NCBI RefSeq assembly: GCF_022539665.2
Contig: NC_081334.1
Location: 186,001 to 250,000 of the forward strand
Length of the DNA stretch: 64,000 nt
Direction of reading: 5' to 3'
From: Daphnia carinata
Taxonomy: Eukaryota
The notes under the pieces were generated by a model that saw nothing but the letters and a program-made list of their open reading frames with translations, searched no databases and was not told the origin of the DNA. The position numbers and the translations under genes are program-made. Position 1 is the stretch's first letter; every line of letters begins with the position of its first letter. Shown piece by piece: positions 38,101-51,019 of this stretch.

Positions 38101-40851
38101 GGTTGGGCTGTCGTTATAGCTGCTGTGAAAAAAGGGAAAACGGTTCTTGTTTTGGAAACTTGACGAGTTGGATTGACCGTCGCACAAATAACTGATAACT
38201 GAGCCCAGTTACTATCCAAGTGGCTTTGACGCACTAGGTACTTTTACCCTTACCTCCCACATTCTATGTGTTAAGCAGTAGTCAATGGGAGATTTTAAAG
38301 GCCCAACGCTAGCGGGCTCCATTTTGGTTGGCGAAGGCTTATAAGGACTTTTCTTATGGCAGCAAACAACAACCAGTGACTCCAGGTTATTCACGTCGGT
38401 CATTGCAATCGCATTGATAACATTCACTGCGGCGCAATTAACACGTACAAGAAAGTGTCAAGGACAAGTGCATTTGGTTTCTCAGGAGCGTGAAAGCAAC
38501 AGGTGAATCTATATAATGGCCACACCCTATTGTTTAAGAACGACCTCAACATTTTAAGTTGAAAATATTTACAAAATAGGCTACAAATTGCCTGAAGTTT
38601 GAGGTTAAAGATATTGAATGCAACACCTGGTACGTCTCACGATGAATCGTAAAATTAGAGGCTACATCAAAGTCTCAATTGAGTTCCGCCTCATAAAGGT
38701 TCAACATACAAAATACGTTCTGCACTACTGTGGAATCTGGACAGCGAAGAAACCCATGGCCATGGGATAGCACAAATTATCTGACATGTGAAAACGGAAT
38801 AAGAACGAGAGCCAAAATAGCTTAGCTTTCCACGCCATGAAAAATGAAAATTGAACTCCTATGGCAAACTGATGCCAATTAATTCTACAGAGCAGGGCTC
38901 ATCACACAAAGCTAGTCTATATAAAGCCAAAGGAAACTGACTATAATGAAGTATCATGCTGATCAGAGCAAAACATTTTCACCTGGTTTTCCATTGAAAA
39001 TTTTTTTTTTAGTTCAAAGAAAATAAATGTCTCATTTTTTTTAAGGGCAGTTAATTGTTTGTTAGTGTACAGATATCTGCAATTTTTTCATGTTAGAAGC
39101 AATATGTAAGGTTTGAAAACAAGGGGTTGAAATATGAAAAAACTGCCTCCACCCTGGCGTCTCTACCACAGCGATAACCAAAGACGCGAAGGTTTAGGAT
39201 TACCTGGTCTTGGTACGTTTCATTCGAATAAGAAAACCTATTATCGTCCTTCTGGGGTGAAACCGGAATTTTATGAACCGAGAGTTGCTTGGGATCATCG
39301 ACAGAGACAGCTTGATTTCAGCATCACTTCTAGTCAACTTGCGTGTACACGAGACTCGAGTCAGTTGTCAATCCCTCGATGTTATACAATCCGCTTTCGG
39401 CATTTTTTTATTTCTGTAGATCGAGGCATGACGTTGCATACCACCAATCGACGTCAGCTTACTCAATCGTTATTTGATACAATTTTTCCCAGTTATGATT
39501 GCATTGGTATTCGTTTATTTAATGTTTTACCGGAAAATTTCCATTTAATGTTGTTGGGTATGATTTGGTAGTCACCAGCTCGTCTGTGGTTGCTAAACAA
39601 TGACAATGAAACCCCGCTGTTAACCGAAAGTAAATGTTTGCTATTTTGCTAAAAATGTGGCCAAAATGAATAGGCTGTAATGCATTTTAGAATCAAATTT
39701 TATAGGAAATGTAGCCTAACTTGGGAGTTCTAACTGAGATTCTTTATCGTTGCTCCAATTGACTCACCCTAGAAACCAATTGCGTCAAGATGAAAATGTC
39801 GATTAGACCTACCACCATAATAATTTCGGTTGCACAGTGTCATCGCTTTTTGTAGATTTAGTGTCGGTTGACGGAGAGAACCACAGTGGTAAGGATCCTG
39901 GATTGGACTTGTGTCCAGAATAGCGGGGCATGTCAGAAACGTCGATTTGGCTAACTTGCAACTTTTTGGACCTGACAGATGTAAGGGAAGAAACTCATGC
40001 AATCGTCATTCTCGCTAATCTGAAAAAAGGCGTAGAAATGTACTGTGTGTAATGTTCAAAGTACGAAGAGCGCCATGTCAAAAAATGTTGAATCTAGGCC
40101 ACAACCTGTGTAAAAATGTTATCCCAAATTGAGAATTTTGGGCCAAGTACTATTGTGAATTTAAACCCCAAATTTAGATTATAGTACACATTGCCAGGGA
40201 GTTACCAACCCCAAGTATGACATCAAGTCTATCGGTAAAATCGACATTTTTTAAATATTGCGACTTTACCTTACAATCTACTGAAACAGGTAATAAGTTT
40301 TTCAAAATTTATTTGTCACATTTTCGTGCATTCTGCGTTTTTGTTTTCGCTAATCGTGTTAACAGGTTTCCAGCAAGTCGCAGGATCTCTGAATGAGCAA
40401 TCTGCCCCCTACATTTCCATATCCTAATGGTTACTGATTTCACACAAGCTTCGGGCAATCATGGTATCGAATTTGAACTGTTAACGTGATTGGAGGGCAC
40501 ATGGATTTTACTGGAGGAATGTTCACTGCTCCGTTGATTTAATGTATTTTTTTTTTGCTTTTGCGGGAACTATCTTGGCTAGTGCTGTAATTCAACCATT
40601 AAAATATGTCATATTTATTTGAAACTGTGCCAAATACTGTTGTTGCCACAAGTTTGGAGACCATAACCCTGATACTACCATATGTAGTATACAGTGCATC
40701 TAGAAACGACACACACTTTGAAAAAGAATGGCCAAATCTGATTGGATATTGTCAGGTATCCAGATTTGTCTCGAGCTGGTGATAATCCTACAAGTTTTAC
40801 CCGCATAGTGTTGTGAGAAGAAAATTTTCTTACAAAACAATTGTTGATTAA

Positions 40852-41104
40852 CAGTGTATTGGATTTTAACAAATAAAATCCTCAAATCAAATCAAATCCA
40901 AATCACATCATTTGCGGATGTGGATTAAATTGGATTTTATTGGTTAGTTTAGTTAAAGTTAGCTTAGGTTAGTTTAGGTTAGGTTACTGAAGGACTTTTG
41001 CTGTTTTGAATGATTCAAAAATCCAATGCAAATCCGCAAAAAATTGGATTTGCTTCGGATTTTTTGTTTTTTGCGGATTTGATTGGCCAAAATCCAATAC
41101 CCTG
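40852..41104. mobile_element. hAT-type MITE
   Basis: TIRs CAG(T/G)GTATTGGATTTT (15/16), perfect 8-bp TSD TTGATTAA, and GGATT/AATCC subterminal repeats. Confidence 0.9.
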
Positions 41105-41423
41105 TTGATTAAAGGCGGAAGCCATTTTAATGACTACCCTTGCATTAAAAAAATATGAGCAAAATAATTTATACTTGGGAACATTTTAAATTCACTCACA
41201 GAACATCTCACAATCAACTTATGAGGAAACAATTGCCATATACTGCATATAAACGATTTCTTCGTAAGTCGAACCTTTATTGAAACAATTGGGTTGAATT
41301 CATACGCTTAATACAAGATGGCACTGTCAAGAGTAATTGCATGCCGTACAACGGAAAAGTTTTAAATAAATAATAGCGTATCGTATGACCGCTTTGTTGG
41401 TTGGTGGATTTATTTCTTAAACA

Positions 41424-43657
41424 GCTCCGCCGACGATCCAGCAACATCCCGTAAGCGCCGCCGTCAATGAAGATAAAACGGTATCGATGAGTTCAGGATC
41501 GCCCTCAACGGCTACTACCGTTCAGTGGCTAAAAGATGAACAACCGCTAACCGACCCACCAAAACCAGTCCACGGACTTCGCAATTCAACGCTAACTTTT
41601 GTTGCAGCTTCCAAGAGGCATGTTGGCAATTACGCGTGCCGGTTGAAAAACTATTGCTCTGCACGCCCTAGGTATTACGCTCTATTGTGAATTCAAAATT
41701 GTTTCAGCAAGTTACACAAAAAATCTCATTATAACAGAAAAGTTAAAGGTTACGGTGCCCCCTGTGGCCAAGAGTTTAGAGCTGGGCACTGTCTGTAAAA
41801 TTTTGTGTAAACCTCAAGGCAGTACAGCTCCAATTGTGCGATGTGTCAAATATGATTTAAAACCGTTGCTTATCTGTTCGCCGCTCACTGACAACATCAA
41901 TGGAACACTCGTCCTCCATGGAGTACAAGATGAGACGATGCTGGACAGTACACCTGTATTGCTACTAACTCGCAAGGCCTTATAAGCGCTTCCGTATTGT
42001 TCAACGTGACAAGTAACTGGGCAGTATTTTCCTTCGAATCACCGTGCATAAACTCAAATGTTGTCATTGCAGTGTCACCGAATTTCAAGTCTCTGCCCAA
42101 CAACGTCACGTTCTATAAGGAGGTTAAAAGGTAGAGTTACATTGCAGAGCGAGCGGTCATCCTATACCCACGATTCAGCGGGACAAGGATTCGGCTATTG
42201 ATGGATTTACTTCCGATCGACAGTTGACCTTTTCTTATTCCGATACAAAATTTCAAATTCCAAATTTTAATTTAACAACGTCACGGTTGTGAAACAGGTT
42301 ATACATTAATTATCGATAATGCCCAGCAAGCCGATCAGGGATTTTACAGATGCACAGGAGGGCAATGCAGGCGGATTCAAAAGAGCAGAATTTCGATTGG
42401 TGGTTCAAGGTAATTGCTATTTTTTAAATGTTAATTATTATACGAAAATTTATAGATATCGTTTTTTATACAGTCTGGGAATACCAACACAGTGATTATG
42501 AAGGGGCTGAATCCATTACGAAGACTACAGTCATCACTTTATGAGCAGCCATCGCCTATACTTTTCTTTCCATCGGTTTGTTGATTTGATGCCGTTTGAA
42601 ACGACGCAACGGAAACTACAATGATGGCGGTAACGCTTTAGCTCAAGTCGCTGGTATACAAACTGTTTTACGTGAGTTCTTCATTCTCGGTGTTTGGACC
42701 GATCATTGTTTACTAATTTCGTCCTTTTTCTTGACCAACGACATTGGTTAAGGAAGACCAAGATGAAAATGGACGCCAATCTCCGGCTATTGACAAATTG
42801 AACGTTCCTAGCTCCACCATTACTAAGGAGCATTACAGTGCAAAGGAAGATTCCGAGACATCCTTGAGGGCTTAGTTACGGGTACCAGTCTGTAAACAAT
42901 AGTCAGGATTTCATCCAGTTGCAATTGTTTTAATTAAAAAATTAACTGACTTATTTTATTTATAGGTCTTAATTATATAAACAGCACCACTCGTATTCTT
43001 CTAAGGATATTAGCAACTCGAAATGAGGATCTGATTGTAGAATTCCGCCGGAAGGTAGACATGCTGCATCAATTCCGTCACGCCAATCTGGTGGCTGTTT
43101 TGGGTTGTTGCTGTGATTCTCCTGACGTTCAGATGATTTTGATGGAATACCACCAGCTTTTCAATTTGAAATTGCATTTGCTGTTGACTTTGTCTTCTCA
43201 ACCGTGGTCCCTAGCCCAGATTTAAAGCGCCACATTACAAATTGCTTCGGGAATGAACGCACTGGCCCAAAAGCGTTTCGTTCACCGTGATGGCGGTACG
43301 CAAAACATCCTGGTTGGGTTCCACGGCAAAGATAATCAACGAGTATGTTCAATTCACTTGATGACACGTTGTCGAAGAGAATAAAATTTTTCATTTTATT
43401 CAGACCTCTTTGAAAATCGGCAGAAACGACATGGACAAACAGCCGTTCAACAAAGATTACTTTGTTTTCAAACATCTGCCCATCGCTCTGCGGTGGCTTC
43501 CGCACGAAGCGGTGCTGAAGGATGAACATTCAACCAAGTCCGATTTGGGGATGTTTGCCGTCACAATATGGGTGTTGTACAACGCAGCGCAACAACCCCT
43601 TACAAGTCACTCGGATGATGTCGTCCTGCCCGAATTGAAGGAAAAGGGTACTCTGTG
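41424..43657 (+). pseudogene. otk: off-track/PTK7-like Ig-domain receptor pseudokinase fragment
   Basis: Ig exons (VQWLKD..GNYAC; GQYTCIATNSQG), a TM-like exon, and kinase-like motifs (FRREVDML..HANLV, QIASGM..FVHRD, LRWLPHEAV..STKSD). Many stops and frameshifts; introns retained. Confidence 0.8.
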
Positions 43658-44450
43658 GTATGACCACCATCGAATTCTATTTTGCAACACCTCTTTTTCG
43701 ATTTCGTTTTGCTAGACCATTTCTTTCTGTTCCTCTTCGCAGCTATTTGATTTCCGGTTCGTATTTGTATACCCGATGATCGTGTAATCCGTTGGTTCGC
43801 CCTACTGCTGAACGTTCTTCGTACCTTAAATGCGATACGTTCAGGTCATTTGACATTTCGGTTTGCCTCATATTCAGATTTATTTTTTAAAAAAATTCTT
43901 ACTTAGTTGAATGTCCTTAGTCATTTTGATCACGATGGATTTCGGATTCTACATCCTTTTCAGATATCCGGCTGAAATAAAAGATGTAGCGTTTTTCAAA
44001 AATAAAAGGTATGAATTCCTAAGTTTCTTTGTCAAATCTATGGTCATCTGTGTCAAATCTATAGCAAAAGGTTCTAAAAGTAAGGATAATCAAAGTGAGA
44101 GTTCTTAGGCTTTTTTGTACAATTTCTGACAGAACAATCGACAGCGGGCCGCCGCCCTTTACGGGATACCTTTTAGTAAATGAGGCACTACAACGTGTAA
44201 TGCCTGGCTGCGTTAAAGGTGTCCGTCTCCACATCAATTCTGCAGGAATCACTGCCCCAAGTTACCATTGCTAGCAACAGCAACCATTGCCACAATAAAG
44301 TGTAAATCCGTATCCGCAGAGCTGCACGGCTTCCGTGGGTTTTCCTTTTTGATATCTGTATAACAAAGGGGGAAGGTAGTAGACAAGTGGGTAATCCATT
44401 GTTGCACGTAAGTGAGAAGATAGTCATCTAATGCAAATTACTTAATACCA

Positions 44451-44523
44451 AAATCAGTAGTTCAGTGGTTATCACGGTTGTCTCACACACAACAAGTCCT
44501 CAGTTCAATCCTGGGCAGATGCA
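44451..44523 (+). tRNA. tRNA-Val(CAC) pseudogene
   Basis: D arm AGTGGTTATCAC, perfect anticodon stem GTTGT/ACAAC with loop CT-CAC-AC, and T arm GTTCAATC. The 5' acceptor strand is mismatched. Confidence 0.65.
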
Positions 44524-44906
44524 CATAGCATTTTGAAACAAACGTAAAACGTTAAGTCCCATACATTCACGTGAACATTTTTTGAGTAAAAAACACTTAT
44601 CGTAACACTCGCCGTAATATTGGTTGGAAATTCTGTCAATTATTAGCAATGAAATAGTGGATAACATCACCATGTTTTTAGGCTTGTTTTCTAGCAAACT
44701 TTCACATCCTTAATGGTATTTAAAAATGCGATCTCCTAGAAATCAAAGGCCCATCGAAATATTCTGCAATCATTATGGGGAAAACATGCACAAGATAGCA
44801 ATATTTGAAGACGCGCTCTATCTACTATACTGAATTTGACAGATCTCTGTAGATAACTTCACCATGACATGTGGAATAACGCCACATTTACTATTTAAAA
44901 TATAAA

Positions 44907-44977
44907 TGCATTGACTGGGAATCGAACCCAGATCACGCGCGTGGGAGGCGCGCATTCTACCATTGAACCATCAATGC
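44907..44977 (-). tRNA. tRNA-Gly(CCC)
   Basis: GCATTGATGGTTCAATGGTAGAATGCGCGCCTCCCACGCGCGTGATCTGGGTTCGATTCCCAGTCAATGCA. All stems pair, and a T-run follows downstream. Confidence 0.92.
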
Positions 44978-45050
44978 TTGTTAGAGAGACATAATAGAAC
45001 AAAAAAAAGTTTAAGCCATGACATAAATGTGATCAATAACGAGCGATGAT

Positions 45051-45433
45051 TGGCAAATTTAACTTTTACCTGTTCTCGAATAACTAAGGAAAAACAAAGA
45101 AATTAACCCACGATGCGATGCCGAATCGTGTACGTAGATAAAATACATTCTAAAGACCATTAGTGATTGAATGGGCTACAATGAGGCAAACGCCTCGATT
45201 TACGAAACAGTTAGAAGCACGAACTTTGATAACATGTGTGTTGAACGTCTTATTTCCACTATCTTCGTGCCTCAAAAATGGCCGCCCAGAGTTTAAACAT
45301 GTAACTAGTCACTCGCTAAGCTTTGTTAAATTGCACCACGAATCGATGACTGAGACGAAACGAAACGATGAAAACAAAAAACTAACCTGTAAATCCATTT
45401 TCTCGTTGTGTGTACAAGGAGGCGTACAGCTGA
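45051..45433 (+). repeat. Dispersed repeat (left half); continues at 58223-58490; uninterrupted inverted copy at 63385-64000
   Basis: High similarity to the reverse complement of the window end. Confidence 0.9.
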
Positions 45434-48400
45434 CCCACATAGCACAATTCGGTCCCACGGACATCCGTGGTATATCCTATTTGGATAACGGTGACATCTT
45501 AAGGGCATCCGTGGAACTGCCTGACCTCCGAGTTGGATGTCCATCGGATACCGACTGAATATTACAAGACCTCCCGGGAATATGCCGATGGATATCCGAG
45601 GGACGTCCTGCTGGGCGGGAAAAGGACAAGCCTTGAACATGTATCAATTATGCAAAAATACCTTTGTTTTACCAATTAAAATAATTCCAAAATGGCAAAT
45701 AACGCAAACGAAGAAAGAAGTTGAGGGTTCATGAGCACACTAATGTTTGCTAGCTGAAGGCATTCCTGACTACAGATGGCTCTTCTAATCCTCCCCTCCC
45801 CCGCTTCCAAGAACTGAGTAATGAATTAAGTAAAACAAAACAATTGTATTGTTACGAGAAATTTCTTTGTATTGAGAATGATGACATAAATACCGCAAGA
45901 TAACATTTAACTGTTTACTTCAAACGAGAAAAAAACACCAATCAATTGCATAAAATTAAACAACCCTCGCATTATTTTTTTCTTTTCTTTGCAGTTGCGC
46001 AGTAAAGCCTGTCACCTTGATGGCATTCAGTTCTGTTATTATTGGTTGAGTTCTTTTCGCGGCCCCTATAATGAAAAATATTAGACACTATTTAAATCTA
46101 TCACTGTACCCATTATACTTTTAATAGATTTACCATCATGATTTTCGGAAGTTCTGTGCAGTCTATTGTTATCACAGTTTCCATTACATTTCAATAATGG
46201 GCTGTTTGAAATGGGTGGAATGTGATTTTCAGAAGCATTTGAAATATTTGATGACCAATGATTTCCTCTGCAGTCTACATAACAAACAAACAAACAAAAT
46301 AAAAATAAAAATCCAAAACATAAAAACTGTATATATAAGTTTGACTAGTATATACTACCATTATTCATTCTCAACCTCTTTTCCTTGTTAGTACATACAT
46401 TATTATTGTATTATTGTAACTATGTAAGGTAGAAAATCAAGTAATGAATTTGACGAACGCTCAACTGGTGTGCCTTGTAAAAAATAACCAAAATGAGCGT
46501 TAGTTTAAAATTGTAAGCGGAACTGGGAATTCTAATAGAAGTCTTATTTTGTATATTATGTGAATTTTACTTAGTAGTTACCTATACGAGACGGCAGGGG
46601 CAAAGAAGTTGGAGGTGGGGACTCCTCTTCGGAATCGTAAGCACCCTGTCAACACCAAGAAAAAAAATTAATTTAATTACGTGTAAGCAAAGATCAATTG
46701 CCAAAAAAAATAATTAGAAATAGTAAAAGCTTTCAAGCGTCCTGAAGAACGGATTAAAACATCATTGGCCAAAACCCCTTATGAACGCTCACGATAAAAG
46801 AAAGTTGACTAAGACAAAAACAAAGATCAATGGCCAAAAACAGTAATTAAGAAATAACAGAAGCATTAGAGCGACTGGTAAAAACAGTTTAAAAAATTAT
46901 CGGGTAAAGCCCCCTTTCGAAACCCACAAAGAAAAAAAGAAATTAGTAAGGCTTTAAAAAAGTTCAGTTAAAAAAAATGAAAAGAATTAATAAAAGCATT
47001 AAGTGGAGTGAAGAAACAAAGCAATTCATCACGCATGGAAAAGTAACACACCCCATAATTTAAATAATAGTTAAATAACTCTTTCTAAAGTATTTCTAAT
47101 CCTAGTCGGCCTATGTCCCGACTAAGATATCTATCTAACTGAAGGTCCACTGACCTTGGCCAGACAATAGGTTTCACGACGACACTGTGAAACCAATCCC
47201 GGTACCTGTGGCCATTGAGGTGACAAGTCTCAATGCCCTTAAACTTATAGTAACAATGCCAGCACTCGAACCGTTGCCGATCCGTTCCGAGCCTGATACA
47301 CTGTGTCTGGGATCGGCCCAGCACTAGTAAAATGAATAATGTACTTACGGTTTGAGATTCCATTTGAAAAATCCAAAATATGAAGGGGTCTCAGTAGGAA
47401 CAGAGGCGGGCAGCTGGGCAGGAACAGAGCGGACCGCTGGACAGGTCCGTCAGAAGCACTTACGCAGAGAAAACAATCAGGATTGACACTGTTAACACTG
47501 ATTCGGGAGACGGCCATAGCCCACAGAATAAAAGATGCACTAAATCAGTTGCAAACGAGAAAAGTTTCTAACGCGAAGTTCACTAAATGTTGCACCAAAA
47601 ACTCCTGAAATAGCACACACACAACACCAACAATAACCTTCACCATATACAACTCAACAATGACTGAAATTCTGAGTCCGCATGCGAAAATTGGGAATTC
47701 GAAACTACCATTATTTGCCATTTCAGTAGTCTTTCCCTAAACACCGGTGAATGGTTTCTTCTCAAAAATCCTTTTATAGAACAACTTTCATTATTGAAGC
47801 AGTTTTTTGCACGGAGATTGTTAAAATATTACTGTTAGTTTGTAAAATTTGTTTCAAATAATAATTGCGAATTACTTAAAAAACACCAAACAAAATATGG
47901 CAAACACTGGGTAACCTGTCGATGCTAAGCTTCAATTCAGTTGGCGTCTGCACGAGTGAGGCAGCAAAAGGATATCAGGCAAGTTTACATTTACAGTTGT
48001 TTTTTTTTTGGTTAACGTGACATTTTCTTATATTTAGATATCAGATTTCGACAATATATACTTAGAGATGAATGGGATTATTTACAACTGCTCTCTTCCA
48101 AGATCCTCCTGCTCTCTTCCTGATGAAGAAGTTCACTTTAGAATTGCCATTGAAAAAGTATTTTTAAACATTGTGCATTATTTAGAGGTAACGTTCAATG
48201 CAATATGCCTATGATAATGTAGCGCCAATGTACTTTGGCGCTTAGCATCAGATGCTAAGTGGCCTAAATGTGCGATGTCAATGGACTTTGCCAATCTGGC
48301 CGGATGTCATAGGCCTTAAGAGCCCGTCTGAGGCCGGCTAAAGGGGCAGTCCAGTGTAGTAAGTCTGTTTAGCTGCAAGCTGTGTTAGTGCTGTTGTCGT

Positions 48401-48640
48401 GTAGTGCTGTCGTGTAAAGCTGTAACCTGTCTACGAATAAATAAATCCAGTGAAACTGTTACATGGTGGAGATGCTCCTGTTTTTTCACTGCTAAGATAC
48501 ACGTTTTAACTCGGGTAGGCGTTGGCTGTGAGGGGTCTTTGGACGTCGAACTCGGCAATTTATTGCCGGGCACGAGGCCACAGCAACGGTCTGGGGAAAG
48601 CGTGGATTTGGCAGTGGGATCGCAGAGGATCCTCGTGTGA

Positions 48641-51019
48641 ATGTCACACGGGAGAAGAGTGGTCACAGCCGCTGGAGAAAGAAGCCGTAGACGGGCGGCA
48701 GAAGAGGCAGCCAAGGAGATTCAAACCTATTACTCGGGTTTGAGGGCGGCAACACCCCTAGCACGGTCGACAGCGGGATTGCAGGGAGCAAACGATGCAC
48801 CGGTGCGGGCAAAGGGCCGCTCAAGAGGCCCTCCTGGAGGAGTGAGTGAGCTCACTTTGGGACAAAAAGGTACGTGTGTGCTCAGTGAAGAGTCCCTACC
48901 GCGGGAAGTCCCAGATCAGGCGCAATTCCAGTCAGATTCTGAGCCACAGGGCGAGGAATTTGAAGACGCTCAGGGCTACCAGGATTCTGGGAATCCGGAA
49001 GCAGGGAGTGGTGCGTCGGAAGAGGCAGTCGGGCCGATAGCTGCACGTAGGCAGTACGAAGAGGCTCGGGAGGTAGGGAACAAAGGAGGAGTAAAAGCAC
49101 GGACCAGGGCGGAAGCCGAAGAGCGACAAGTAGGGCGGGTCATTGATCGTGATCAGGGATCACGATCACGTCAAGCAGAGTTTGACGACCGCGAGTCGCT
49201 CATTCCGCAGGTGACAGTCTCCAGTGTCCAGGAAGGTACCGGTGTAAAGGCCGTCTCAGCGGAGGCGGAAACTGTCGAAGGCGATCAAGTATCCCAGTCG
49301 CAGCGGAGGAAGTCGGGCGACCCAAATTCCAGTGGAACGAAGGGGTTACTGACCGGGAGCCAGGACGTGCGGCGGTCGTCGGCACGAGCAGAAGACGTGA
49401 CCGGCGGAAGAAGCGCAGTTGTCGTGGAAGCTGATACCACTGGGGTCATCAACCGTTCGTCGGGTACCCATAGTAGCCAGCCGGTGGAGGCGAGAGGCTT
49501 GGGAGGAAGAAACCCGCGCGAAGGCCTACGACCTAGAGCGTTCAGTACTCCGCAGGAAGCGACAACAGTGAGACAGGGACGAAGCGGATTCAGCGTCGGA
49601 GGATCGCCGAGCCGACAGTCTCTGGAGGAGCCCGAACTAGATTGGGATCCATTCTTGGGAGAAGAGGAAGACATGGCGGAACGTCCAATGTTTCACTACA
49701 AGGAGCCCGAAAAGTTCCGGGGCACGCCGAAAGAGAATGCGATTGAGTGGATAGACCGATTTGAAAGGATCGGCCGCCATAATCGCTGGTCCAATAACGA
49801 TCTAGCAGGGGCCATTGACGTCTCGCTCGAAGGGCCTGCCTACAAATGGATTGTAGGCCTTGAGGCGAGAAACGCCCCACCAGACAACTGGGAGGACCAG
49901 CAGATTCGCATAGCCGAAACGGATGACGAACCGGAGCACTACAGAGAAGTGCGAGGGCTCAAGACATTGTTCCTCAAACAATTCGTTGCGGTAAATCTGA
50001 AGCGGCAGACGGAAAGGAAGCTGCGGATGAGGGTCCAAGGCAAGGACGAGGACGTCACGGAGTACTACCATGATGTCCTGGACATGTGCCGCATTGTCCA
50101 GCCGGATATGGCTGAGGAAGTGCGCATAGATCACCTGTTCAGGGGGTTGAGCCCAACCCTTTATGAGAGACTTTACGCGTTGGGCATCAAGACGTGTGAA
50201 GATTTCTTGGAAGAGGCGAGGCTTCACGCGGATGCCGTCAAAACAGCCTGCGAGAGGGGCTATGAGGATAGGCGTAGAGAGCGGGAGAAGCCTGCCGTGG
50301 GAGCAGTAGACCTTGACCAAATGCAAGACCTACGGCGCCAGATCCAGGAGTTGCGGGACGAGCTAGCCCGGGCAAAGGATCCCTCGAAGAAAAAGGAAAA
50401 AGAAGGCGGGAAATGCGATTGGAACAAAAAGCCAAAGAAGAAGAACCCATTTCGCTGTTTTAATTGCGATGAAGAAGGGCACATCGCGAGAAACTGTCAG
50501 AAGGAAAAGAAGAAGGAGACTGCGGTGAAGCCCAAGAAGCCCGAGGGGGAGGAGCCTAAGGCAGCCTGTGCGGTGGTTGGCGGAGACCAGTCTTCGGAAA
50601 TGACCAATGGCGATCGTCAGCCGACCGAAGAAATTTGGATTGGTGGACGGCCGGTCGATGCTTTGGTCGACACGGGAGCGGTGATTTCAGTTATCTCACC
50701 ATCGTTGGCGAGTAGATTGAAATTGAAAATAGTCCCGTGGGAAGGACCGATGGTCGTGACGGCCGATGGACAGCCGATGAATCCGAGGGGGAAGGTCTCC
50801 CTCACGGTCACGAATAAAAACGCGTCCGTGGAGGGTGAAGCCTTGGTCCTGAAGACATTTGGACCAGAATTTATCATGGGGAGAAACTTACTGAAGCTGT
50901 TCCGAGAGCTGAAAATCTGCTTTAGTAACCTGCCAATAGTGGAACTAGGAGCCATCCATATGGAGGCAAGCGGTGGGAAAGAAACCGTGAAGAAAGTGAC
51001 AGTGACGGTGTGTGTGTGA
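48641..51019 (+). CDS. Gag-protease of the env-bearing Gypsy
   Basis: 792-aa ORF with capsid (EWIDRFE..NRW; QGKDEDVTEY), zinc knuckle CFNCDEEGHIARNC and protease ALVDTGA. Confidence 0.93.
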   Translation: MSHGRRVVTAAGERSRRRAAEEAAKEIQTYYSGLRAATPLARSTAGLQGANDAPVRAKGRSRGPPGGVSELTLGQKGTCVLSEESLPREVPDQAQFQSDSEPQGEEFEDAQGYQDSGNPEAGSGASEEAVGPIAARRQYEEAREVGNKGGVKARTRAEAEERQVGRVIDRDQGSRSRQAEFDDRESLIPQVTVSSVQEGTGVKAVSAEAETVEGDQVSQSQRRKSGDPNSSGTKGLLTGSQDVRRSSARAEDVTGGRSAVVVEADTTGVINRSSGTHSSQPVEARGLGGRNPREGLRPRAFSTPQEATTVRQGRSGFSVGGSPSRQSLEEPELDWDPFLGEEEDMAERPMFHYKEPEKFRGTPKENAIEWIDRFERIGRHNRWSNNDLAGAIDVSLEGPAYKWIVGLEARNAPPDNWEDQQIRIAETDDEPEHYREVRGLKTLFLKQFVAVNLKRQTERKLRMRVQGKDEDVTEYYHDVLDMCRIVQPDMAEEVRIDHLFRGLSPTLYERLYALGIKTCEDFLEEARLHADAVKTACERGYEDRRREREKPAVGAVDLDQMQDLRRQIQELRDELARAKDPSKKKEKEGGKCDWNKKPKKKNPFRCFNCDEEGHIARNCQKEKKKETAVKPKKPEGEEPKAACAVVGGDQSSEMTNGDRQPTEEIWIGGRPVDALVDTGAVISVISPSLASRLKLKIVPWEGPMVVTADGQPMNPRGKVSLTVTNKNASVEGEALVLKTFGPEFIMGRNLLKLFRELKICFSNLPIVELGAIHMEASGGKETVKKVTVTVCV

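Noticed and set aside
36295..39571. Several 60-170-aa ORFs
   Set aside because: No recognisable motif or consistent exon structure. They may be decayed genes, but I cannot support a call.
40800..40808. CCCGCATAG as a partner TIR for 25198
   Set aside because: It is only 9 nt, on the wrong side and orientation to enclose the element, and has no subterminal repeats.
45434..45619. Stand-alone 186-bp MITE ending CTGCTGGGCGGG
   Set aside because: The end matches the left TIR poorly and the flanks (GA vs AA) differ. The end at 58222 gives a perfect TIR, TSD and empty-site match. A composite origin is still possible.
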